Source: Antedon mediterranea (lineage: Eukaryota > Animalia > Echinodermata). From it: DNA of 64,000 nt. The stretch covers positions 1,426,001 to 1,490,000 of the forward strand of contig NC_092671.1 of NCBI RefSeq assembly GCF_964355755.1, in the 5' to 3' direction. Below are positions 50,289 to 61,355 of the stretch, in pieces. Under the pieces are notes generated by a model that saw only the letters and a program-made list of their open reading frames with translations, was not told where the DNA came from and did not search any database. The position numbers were made by a program, and so were the translations under genes. Every line of letters starts with the position of its first letter. The first letter of the stretch is position 1.

Positions 50289-50901
50289 ATTATACGATCA
50301 AAGCAGCTAGCATTGAATTGCGCCTAGAAAATTAATCACGCCTTTGTCATTTCATGATGTGCGTATGTTACCGACGAAAGAGTAAATCCCACCGATAGAG
50401 TCGATTAATTCAGTGTGATATTGAAAATAATAATATCATTGATATTTATTTTTAATACACATAACATTTTTACAAGAAAAACAATACAATCAATCATTTG
50501 CTTTATTTACAATACAAGTTACCACATTTTAGACAACAGCCAATACTAGAGATCGAAAGAGAGACATGGCAGTAACAAAACACGTGTTTACATCTCTCAG
50601 CGGCGGCCGGTGAAAGCGAGTCTCGGTTGTTTAACCCTTTGTTACGCAGTCTTTTGTTTCTTTGGCTTGTATCGTCTAGTGGTCATGTCACGTGTCTCGT
50701 ATGCATTAGGCTCTTTATGCATGCCGCGCCTCAGCTCTAGAGAAAGTACCTGCCTGTTAATCTATTCTTAGATTGGTTGTGGTTGATATTTTTAAGCGTC
50801 ACGGATAAGGTTTTAAGCGTCACGGCCGACCGTAAAGCGTCACGGTAGAGAACCCAAGCGTCACAGTACCATGACGCTTCAAAGGCCTGGGGAGAACACT
50901 G

Positions 50902-51101
50902 CGTTAGCCTCTCTCCACCCAGGTGTATAAATGGGTACCCGGTTAGATCAAGACACAACTTTGCGCTGATTACTAGCTGCATTATGGGAGTATGTTTCCA
51001 TACGTGTTTGATCCAAAAAATGATTGGGGTAATAATGTTCAGCGCTTAGAGAAGCTTGCTTGTAGAGCGCTATATAAGAGTGAACTATTATTATTATTAT
51101 T
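50902..51101 (+). mobile_element. tRNA-derived SINE, 3' half
   Basis: CTCTCCACCCAGGTGTATAAATGGGTACC central (CORE-like) motif, L2-type GCGCTATATAAG end and (TTA)n tail. Confidence 0.8.
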
Positions 51102-51591
51102 CCCACTTTTCTTGGTCTGCAAAAGTAATCTCGAAAAGAAGCCCGTCTCAAAAGCAAGCCCACTGTGTTCCTTATAAGATAGTATGGCCTTTTTTTCGAG
51201 AAAGACTATTTGAATATCAAAGGAACAAGGTGATTTAATGCCAGATAACTTGTGATGCATATATAATTTATGATAGAGTTTATATCGTACATTCATTTTA
51301 CAGTTTAAAAATGTTATTTTGATCACTAATATGTAAACTTGGCAGGTAAGGTAATTACACAAATTTTACAGCATTCATTTCGAAATGAAGCCCCCTCTTT
51401 AGTTTGCAAAAGTAATCTTGAAAAGAAGCCCACAAAGAGTACTAAACAAATGGGCTTCCTTTCAAGGTTTTATTTTATGCCACAAAGAAGTCCATTCCCT
51501 ATGCCTAAAATAATTATGGTTTATCCATCCTTTAAATGACTGTTGGATGTGAAAGAAATAATAAAATAATTCAATGTTTGTGTTTAACTAG

Positions 51592-52221
51592 GTTGATAGT
51601 GTAGATGGCTACCATAGAACTGCCCTTCACTATGCAGCAGAAAAGGATCCAGAATGCCTGGAGTTGTTACTGCTTCACAAGGCCAATCCAGACTCATTAG
51701 ATGCCAATAAGAACACACCACTCCATTGGGCCAGCTTCAAGAACAAATCTGAATGTGTAAGATTACTTCTAAGGTATGGAGCTTATGTTGATGCTCTTGA
51801 TTATAATGATGATACACCACTACTCTGGGCTGCGCACAAATGTAATTACGAGAGCATTAGTATTTTGTTAGAATACGGTGCTGACGTACATACCATAAAC
51901 GCTGGCTTGCAAACGTCAATATCCCGTGCTGCTTGTTTGCTGGCAAGCGGGTTGGAACCTCGGGACGAGCTCAGTCTTAACTTACTTATACAAGCTGCAG
52001 GTCAGTTTGACCTTCGGATGGACGGTCAGTTACCAAGTCTAGTGGAACGTGATCGAGAAATGTGCAATCGTATGTTGGCATATTGTCGAAACTGTCGTAG
52101 TTTACAGCAGCTGTGTCGATATAGTATACGTAAATGTTTACAAGGTAAACATCTACCTAAAGTCATTGCTAAACTTCCTATTCCAGTCATAATGCAACGG
52201 TTTCTGTTACTGCAAACATAA
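51592..52221 (+). CDS. ASB8: ASB8 coding exon 2 (ankyrin repeats and SOCS box)
   Basis: VDSVDGYHRTALHYAAEKD...TPLHWASFKN...DYNDDTPLLWAA, then SOCS box SLQQLCRYSIRKCL...LPIPVIMQRFLLL*. Acceptor AACTAG at 51591. Total 286 aa. Confidence 0.95.
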   Translation, partial: VDSVDGYHRTALHYAAEKDPECLELLLLHKANPDSLDANKNTPLHWASFKNKSECVRLLLRYGAYVDALDYNDDTPLLWAAHKCNYESISILLEYGADVHTINAGLQTSISRAACLLASGLEPRDELSLNLLIQAAGQFDLRMDGQLPSLVERDREMCNRMLAYCRNCRSLQQLCRYSIRKCLQGKHLPKVIAKLPIPVIMQRFLLLQT

Positions 52222-53491
52222 ATGCATCATTTAGTTAAAATAGGAAACAATTTTTAATAAGAATTTAAATTATACCTTAGGAGGAGGTTGAAAGACACAG
52301 ATGAAAAACACAGAATCAGACATGCTAGATCAATATTACACACAGTTACACAATTACACACAGTTGTCACTCTATTATTTTTTGTGCGACACAGCAAAAC
52401 GTCCCACGAAACACTAAACTTACTTTGACTCTTTACTAGTGAATACTATTCTGAATATCTACACCTTCAGTGCCACACATACAGATAATCGTTAAAAAAA
52501 AAAAAAAACTCTGCTCACAGTTTCATTGGAGAAATTTTCATTGTGTATAGTAGGGGCCTGTTATCTACAACCACTCAAAACAACAAAGCGATTTAAACCA
52601 TGTTATAATAATTTTTCAAAATTTTATGAATTATGAAGCAGCAAAATGATAGTAACACAGTCGAATAAGTTATCCGTTTTATCACCTTTAAGAAAGTTCA
52701 GTAATAATTAGAAATATATTTTGGTATGGGTATACCTGGATATTTGTAATTTCCTTACTGACAATAATCAAAATAATAACAAATATCGCAATTATTTTGA
52801 TCGATTACATTTTTTTATCTACTTTTTCTGCACAATAAAGTTGTCTAACCCCATTTCTATAGCAATATGTTTTTATAATACGATTCATTCATTAATATTT
52901 TAATATATAAATTTTCTTGGTATTAATAGGGTTTGCTGTGCAATGTACGAAATGTAGAATGCTTTTTATTCTGATAAAGAATATTAAAGTTTGATATTTA
53001 TAAACTTTCACAAACATATTTAAATACAAGGTACTGTATTAAATAATTAATATTATAAATAGGTAAATCTATCTTTTGCTATAAAGTGTACTTTATATTC
53101 AAAATGAAATACTATAATTATGTGCCAACATGTATATTATAATATTAGTTACAAAAGAGAAATAAATGTAGTTTTTATAGGCATTAGTAGAGTAATGTTT
53201 TAAATTTTAATTGCAGTGTAAATATTAATAAGAGGAGTTAATAAATATACTTTTAATTTCAATTTGGTATTGCAATCTTTTTTAAATATATTATTATTAA
53301 TTAATATTTATTCAGGCAAAAGATACAGGAAAGCACAAAGCAGCCTAAGCCACAAACATTTTATTTAAATAATAAATGTAACCACGAGTTTCTGTTCATA
53401 TTTTTTTTCCCTTTAATGATTTTTCTATTGCCAACCCATATTAGCCTCACCACACCCATCCCCACCAACGAACATTGCTGCACGTTAGTGA

Positions 53492-53632
53492 GGGTGTGTG
53501 GAGCAGTGTGTTGGACGTTGGACTACTGATCGTGAGATTGTGGTTCGAATCCAACTCTCGCCGCATTTTTTTAACTTTAGGCAAGATACTTTACTTACAT
53601 TAGGCGCTATATAAATCCAGGATATTATTATT
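53492..53632 (+). mobile_element. Internally deleted tRNA-derived SINE
   Basis: Same head as 48817 (GGTTCGAATCCAACTCTCGCCGCA) joined directly to the GCGCTATATAAAT...TATTATTATT tail. Confidence 0.75.
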
Positions 53633-56600
53633 GTTTAAAACGCCACTTTTCATGTGTTCTGTGTGGGAACCGTCAATTGTTTCATCATTATTCACGCCAG
53701 TCTTTTGTTTTTTTTTTAATATTAAATTTTACCATCGCATATTATGCTTTCTAGTCTTTGTTATTTCTGTAGATATAGTCATATATACTTTATTGTCCAT
53801 TTAAAAAACAGAAATGTGATTTTACAGGTAAGAAGTATGAAAATCATAATAGCTCCCTCTATAGTTTAGAGTATTGCTTTCACAATACCAGTACTTTAGT
53901 GTACACAATATCCAGGTACCTCAAGCGCCTTATTGTTTGTATTTGTACACAATGATACTATTGTTTGTCGACATGGTTAGAAATGTACAAACTATTGGTA
54001 ATAATTATTGATATAACTGTAGTGTTATTTTACTCCTGTCTCTCTGTGTTGGGGTGAAGGATACTGACACAGAGGATTATGTTGAGAACACAAGTAATTG
54101 ATTGTTGTAAGAGGAAAAATAAACAAAAATGTTGTAATTAAAGTAGCTATGTAATATTAGTTACGTATTTATATTCTGTGGAATAATCGTTGTTTCAAAT
54201 TAAGACTTGTTTTGATTATAATATATTTTTATTAATATAAAATGGCATTAGAAAACTATTTCATAAATCCTTGTATGATTATTAACAATTCAATAGTATC
54301 ACAGAGTTGTAGCCACCCATACGGTTGGTAAGATTTCAACTTGACCACTTTTTCACAGAGGCCTTTGACAACCTGCACAGGAAATTTTTCCAACAACAAC
54401 TGCACTACCATCGTATTACTACATCACTGTATCAGAAAGGACATATTTTGACACAATTTGATTTCACTTATTAATAACAACATCTAACAAAGTAAATTTA
54501 ACAATAGCTGTAGTAAGAATACAGTACCTAGTTGATAACCAAAATTAAAGTTTATTATTTCAAACCGATAGAAAGGTTTCTTATTGCAAGAAATGTGTGA
54601 TGTTCATTTGCCTTCATGATATAGAAAGATATTCACATAAAGCACATTAATATTATAAAGTATAATGTGTGAAGATTTCCATCTTGAGTACATTCATATT
54701 GTAAACGATTTAATACAAACACATTAATGTTTCACATTTAAAAAAATGTGATAAATTTCTTACAATAGGTATTGTAAAGAACATTTATAGTTGTTAAAAA
54801 TTGATAAAAATAATAAATATTGTAATTTTGCAATTAACATTCAAGTTCAGAAAAATATCCAAGATCTATATCCATTAATGTAAATCCAAGAATGCTAAGG
54901 TTTTCATTTTGGTTGCATTAATGTTATTAAGAAAATCGTGTACAAGATTTTTCATTTCAAATACATTAATGTTGTACGGGAAATCGTGCAAAGATTTCCA
55001 TTCAAGTACTATTAATGATGTAATAAAAGTCGTGTAACTATTTTCATTCGACGTAAGTAATGCGTGTTCGTAAGAGCAATTAAGATTATTGTCCTTGGGC
55101 ATGTAAAGCATTATGATAGCTATCTTCATCTGTATTAATGTCAAGAAAATAATATCCGTATCTCCTTGACTTCTCAATATAGCGTGAATAGTTTTCTACA
55201 AACATTTTTAGAGAGGCGCGATCTTGAATTGAATATAAAGGGTTTGAATCCTACTTGGTTTGTGTTGTCAAAATACAAATTGATTCCTTTTTGTACAAAA
55301 ACTATTTATTTTGGTACATTTTCAAGGATTTTTCACTCTCCCGATATTTCAGGTGACAATCCATTCACAGGATGCTAGCAAGATAATCTACATAAACAAA
55401 GTCTTCTAACAAGTCTTTTAGAATAAAGATGTTTTGTCTTGGGAAAAAATCACAAAAAAAACGTTTTTTTGGAAAGTCCCATATTCTTGTATGTATTTGA
55501 AAAGTTTTTTGGGCAACCAGACATTTTGTGGCTAGCCCAGAAGTGTTGGTTGTTTCAGAATTAACTGTAGTACTGGTTATCAATGATTATCTTGGTTGTC
55601 AGGTTGTTGAATTAAGTTCTGCTGCTCTCTCAGAATGCAACCTACTTCCGTCGATGTAACACGTGTTGTATCATACTTTCATTTTAAGGAACTTTGTTGC
55701 TGTAATCAGCTGACACTGACTGGCTATGTAATAATAACAATACATCGTTTGTAATTAGTATAATTTATAGACAAAACAACTCTAGAAGTATTTATAATTA
55801 GTTTTGTGTTTTATTGTTTTCCATTAAGGTTCATTAAGTATATGGTATTCAGAGCACGTTTGCGGGTGACTGACTAACATGTATGGTGTGTGCGTATATT
55901 TGTGTACAATTGTTATGTTTGGCTCCTCTGCCTTGTAACTAAATGGGTGAGTCACTAGAATGGAATTCCTGAGAACAATAGTTAAAATATCAATGATTAA
56001 TCAACTATGAAATACCATAGAAGATGATGTTATTTTGTAGAATATTATTAACCAAAAATTGTGTTGTTTTTGCGCTTATTGATATAATGCTTTGAACTTT
56101 CTGTCTAGTTATTGCAGATCAGCTGTAAAGTTAGAGACTAAAAGATTGGTTTACCGTTACCTCCTCCTTTAACATTCTTTGAGAGAAGTTTGATTTTCTG
56201 TATACATTACTAGTTACAACTCCTTATCCTACGCCATATCATAGCACTATGTCAGTGTATTATCTTCAATTTCTTCTAAAGAGTAGGGGATCGTCGTGAT
56301 CGTGATGTGGTAGGTGCTGCAATACTGGCTGCCCAATCTGAATTTTCTCAGTTTCCAGTTAAGCTTGAGGACAAATATAAATACCTTTACATTTTATTTT
56401 AAAGCCCACTTTTATACCATTCTTTGAGTAGAGTCCTACATTTGTATACAGTACTGCTAGTGCATTATCAATTTCGTCTTTAATTTCATTATAGGTCTTA
56501 CTTTCCGTTATCTTCATCAACTACTGTATTTTCCTTGCCTAAGTTTCCCTTTGAACTACTTTCCGGATACAAGCAAATATTAAGCTACGGTTTTGTAGCA

Positions 56601-58898
56601 ATCTTCAATAAGTCAGGCTGTTAATGTTTGATAGGTCTTTTTAATGATGATGATGATGGCAGTGTTTAAAGAGAGATAGTTGTATTGGAATACTAAACAT
56701 CAATTGATATCTAGAAATAATTAAGTATTTTAATAATACAAATCCAATCATACGCCAATAAACTGGAAACAGATTTTTAGTTATTATACCATCAATTTAT
56801 CATCATTTAAAAAATTAAAATAATATTTAATCTTTATTAATCGTTGAGTAATAATAAAAAGATCCAATAATGACAGAATCCAATTAACAGATTGTTGTGC
56901 TGCTTTTTTTGTTTTGTGCGTATACATCCATTTAGTTTGAGAAGCTCAGCTTGTGGTTGAAGCCAACCCTGAGCTATAAAACCCATCCCAATTGTGGATT
57001 AATTTTATATCAATTTGTATAGATCAAACCTATTGTGATCCACAACCTAATTTTAAAAGATGATGGACATTATATATAATAATATAAATAAATAATATTG
57101 TAATTGTTAAAATGTTTAGCTCATTATCGTTCCAAATTATCGTTAATAATGGCTAGTATATAAACATTGAGAATTCCATAATTATTACATAATTAGACCG
57201 TTAGTTCCGGAGTCTGTCTCTAGACGGATTCTCCCTGAGGGGGAGCGAGAGCTGGCTCCATAATCATCAAAGCAAAACCATAATACAAATTACACATGAC
57301 TCTCAAATAAACATCTGATTGTGAATGCCTAGTGTAATGCTTAAAAAAAAGTTTCTTTGCTTTTAAGTTTTTGATGGACAGATTTGAACAGAAGACATAT
57401 AAGTTGATTCAAACGCGGGTTTCACTTAACTTAACTCTTTTTAGACCCTTGCCCCAACTCTCTCTCCATATTTAAAAATCCTGGTTCCGCCACTAAAATA
57501 ATGATTATTATCCAATTGTCTCATAACAATCGAGTAACATGGCTCCTCCCCAGTCAGGTAACCAGGTACTACTAGAGGTGACCGTTGTTGAAGACAGCTA
57601 TTTAATTAACTCGGCATTTAAAGATTTCAAGGTTTTGATGGTACTATTTGTGAGCATTAAAGGTTGTCTACTATATACTGTTAAATGTACAACATACCTT
57701 AACAGAGGATTAAACAGATTTAAACCTCCCAAACTTATTTAAGCCTACTTCATTATTATACAGTAATCTCTAACTTTTAAGCTACTGTAGTCTTCCATTT
57801 ATGGATTATCTATCGAACCCTGATTTTAAATCATAATGACCATGTGAAGTACAATACCTGTATTAGAGCACTAGGACCAATGTATCTACCAACTTATCAA
57901 TTCAATAAAACTGGGAAAAAAAATCAATCAATGATCAACAAGAAAAATCAATATTGGGTAAAAATTTTCCTTTTTCTATGTGGGTTGGTTATGGATATTA
58001 ATTTCATTTCTACATGGTTTGGTGTTAGTTACTCTTTACAGGAAAATTTGCCATTAAAGAATAAAGAAAGTAATAAAGAAAGTAAAACTTATCTGTTTTC
58101 ATAGAAAACCGTATGGAAACAGAAGTGTATTTAAATAAATATAGAATAAATGAGATATTTTATATTTCAGGTTTTGCAGATTTGAAAATAAAACAGAATT
58201 TATAAAGCAGTAAGATTTATGCTTAGGTTCTTGCTGTACATCATACTGACATATTCTTTTTATATGGAATGGGTTTTTTTTACCTCCTCATGCATTTTAA
58301 ATCAACAACTTGGATTTAGTCTCCATTGTGAAACAAATTGCCTCGTTCTACCATTTTTCATCTCGATAACCTTGACATCAAAAAGAACCTTTTAATTAAT
58401 GTTTTTGTAATTTACCTAAATGACTGTAATCTATTAATAGTCTGGCCAATCAATACTCAGATCTTTAAAGGAGCTTGATAGAAAGAAGAAAACACAATTG
58501 ACAAAATTTAACTGTCTATGGCTATGATGGAGAATACCATAAATAAAATTCAAATAATGGTAATTTTGATTCATTTAAAAAAAAATGAATTTAATTCATA
58601 AATGTTTGTAATCTATAGATTGTCTAACCAATCAATACAGTGATCCTTAAACGAGTAAAAAACATAATTTAAAAGTGCAAATGTAGTGGTTGTTTTAATT
58701 TCATGTTTCAGCTCATTAATAAAAAGTATCTCTTTGTTTGTATAGGATTTGTCCTCCTACTTCTTATACAGTACAATAAATCCTGTACATTGAAACTGTT
58801 CTATTATGTTCTGTATATTATTATTAATATAATAATATAAATCCAAAGGCAAATAACTGGAAAATGACAATGTTGTGGGTATCAGCGGTTGGATCTTA

Positions 58899-59222
58899 GT
58901 GAGTGAGTGGCCGAGCGGTTAAGACAGTGGAACCGTAATTACGTAGCCATAACATCGGCAGGGGTTCGAGGCTCACTCACTCCATGGTTCTGGTGGTAGA
59001 ACGAGTCTTCTCGGATAAGGACTATAAACCGTAGGTCCAGTGTACACATCTAGCTCGTGTGCACTTTAAAGAACCTAGTACATCTTTCGAGACGAGTAGG
59101 GGGTTACACCGGTGTATTAGTACATCACAGCCACTGATCACCAACTGGGCCCTCTGGGAGACCAGTCTTTGACTGAAGAGGTTACCCAGTAAAATATATA
59201 TTTCAATTCAATTCAATTCAAT
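58899..59222 (+). mobile_element. Full-length tRNA-derived SINE with Deu/Nin-like central domain
   Basis: A-box TGGCCGAGCGG and B-box GGTTCGAGGC. Centre TCGGATAAGGACTATAAACCGTAGGTCC...TTAAAGAACC...GAGTAGGGGGTTACACCGGTGT resembles the Deu domain as recalled. (TTCAA)n tail. Confidence 0.8.
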
Positions 59223-61249
59223 CTCAATGGAGATACAAATAAAATAAGCACTGAAAAAATGATACTGTTAGTATGGAGATACAAATAAAATAAGCAAAAA
59301 TCTAAATCAAAAGGATAAAGTAAAATAGCCAGAAAATTAGCAAAGCTCTTATAATATTCTGTTTATATTATAATACCCTTTTTAACAGATAAAGCGGCCA
59401 ACATATATTTTTTACCTGACAACCCTGAAATGCCTCCAATATTGAGATCATGTATGATTTCTAGTTTCGATATCAATCATCTTGCCATGCAGGGTTTCAG
59501 TATCTTTAATACTTCTTTTTCTCAATAGATCTCTTACAAAGAGGGATATCAGATATTGTAAGCATTTCAGTCTTAGTATCAGTTTACATACTAAATTCAT
59601 TTGTATTTCTAGTTCCTTTTCTATTGCTTCCTTTCAACCAGTGTTGTGAATAGAATGTGTAGATTGGTTGGCAACTGAAAAGAGAGGGTATCAAAAGGTA
59701 CAGTGTTGAGTATAAGTAGTATCACCACCAACCCCATATAGGTGGGTCTCCCCTAAATATGGAAAATTCCAAATGGAAAATGTCATTAGGTTGAGTTTAG
59801 AACTTCATGTTACCATTTTTATGCCCTGGTACCCCTTCCCCCAACCTCTCTTATTTCAAAATCCTGGATCAGCTGCCGTCCCACCTCCCCATTTTCTGCT
59901 TTTTTTTTTTAACAAGGGTGGGTTTCAGTCAACACCTTCAACATACAGTTATGGATTTACTTTAATACTTTTTTTTGTACTTAACATGCTCATAATGAAA
60001 AAAATATTTTTCTACATTTACTGTATGATGGACCAGATACCAGCATATCGCTTGATTGGTTATATGAAATGTGTCTATCATTGCAATGGGTTTTTCTTTT
60101 CACAAATCAGGGTTTTTTATCTGGCACTAGAAAAGACTTACAAATAGTTGAATTTCTCAGTCACTTTTTGAATAATTGTTTCTGAAAGTAACCCCATACT
60201 AAAGCTCTTTAATCAATATATCCCAAGTATAACTAAATGCCTTTGAGTTTAAAAGGATGCCATTCAACAGGTAGACCGTAAAATTCTATCTTATGAAATG
60301 CCTACAATGTGAACAATGCATGCTAGCAAAATCAAGGCAGTCATTAATAATACTCAAGCAGGATTTTAATCCCTTTACAATAGTTGTGATTGAATTGGTT
60401 TCAGAATATCCGCTTTTTGACTTTAATGGAGTCAGTAAGCCATCCGACGTAAGCCTGTCTAAATAGCTTTCATCTCCATTCACAAAGTTTGACTTTATAT
60501 TTTACAATTGTGATTCAGAAAATGGTTTAAAGTGGAGTTGCTGTTGATTTATCTTTTGAAAGTTTTAATTAAATCCAGGGACCTGTTCATTTAATCCAGG
60601 TACCTGGATCAGTTTGGTGGACCAAAAATATGATGTTTGATTTATAAATCACACTATTCATTCATTCAATCTTTTATTTCGGAATCTCTGGTCCATAAAA
60701 AGTGAAAATACATATAATTGAAATAAAATAAACAAGACTAATTACTACTACTCATCTCAGGATGGCATTCCACCTGGAGAGCATCTTTGACTTAACTATT
60801 AGAAGTTGCTCACTATCTATATTATATTTAGCACACTACAGCTTACTGTATGTAGCATAACGAATTACTGTTACTGCTCGTCTGTGTAAATTAACCTTTA
60901 GTATAGATACACCATGCATCTTTACTCTACTATACTTCAGCATGATAATCTTGATTATGATTTATTGACTTGATTGATTCATTTGTATACTGCTTTTAAT
61001 TTCAAATTCTCATAAAGTCATATATAAGGTTTTTGTTTTTGTTTTTATTCATTGCTTTTTTATTATCAATATTTATTATTTTTTTCAAGGGTGACTATCA
61101 GTATCAATATCATTATTATGAAAACAATATAATTTTACCAAATTACTTAATTATTTACACATCTCAAATTAATTACCAGCACCATCATAATTTTTGTTAA
61201 AATTTCATATGCATCCAACAGCAAGAAAGTCAACAATCTTAGTTAGGGA

Positions 61250-61355
61250 GCGAAATTGAAACAGTTGTAAGTTTCTACAACCCTTGAACTAGGTCTGGAT
61301 TGAACCTGGGATCTTGGGATTGGAAAGCAAGCATCACCAAGCTACTGCTCCACTA
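61250..61355 (-). mobile_element. Degraded tRNA-derived SINE head
   Basis: Minus strand GTGGAGCAGTAG...CCCAGGTTCAATCC, A/B-box-like. Confidence 0.45.

Larger units (their letters stand above)
48921..50901. mobile_element. ~2-kb hAT-like non-autonomous element inserted in the SINE
   Basis: CAGTGT...GGGGAGAACACTG ends (left TIR eroded), flanks CGTTTGC/CGTTAGC, four subterminal AAGCGTCAC repeats at 50793-50865, and an internal satellite. Confidence 0.65.

Noticed and set aside
58899-58984. tRNA gene
   Set aside because: Anticodon and T arms pair poorly, and the sequence continues into a SINE body and tail, so it is a SINE head.
60286-60483. 65-aa ORF with YLDRLTSDGLLTP, faintly like the RGGL..PS motif of P/THAP9 transposases
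   Set aside because: Bounded by stops, with no TIRs or other motifs. The similarity is too weak without an HMM search.
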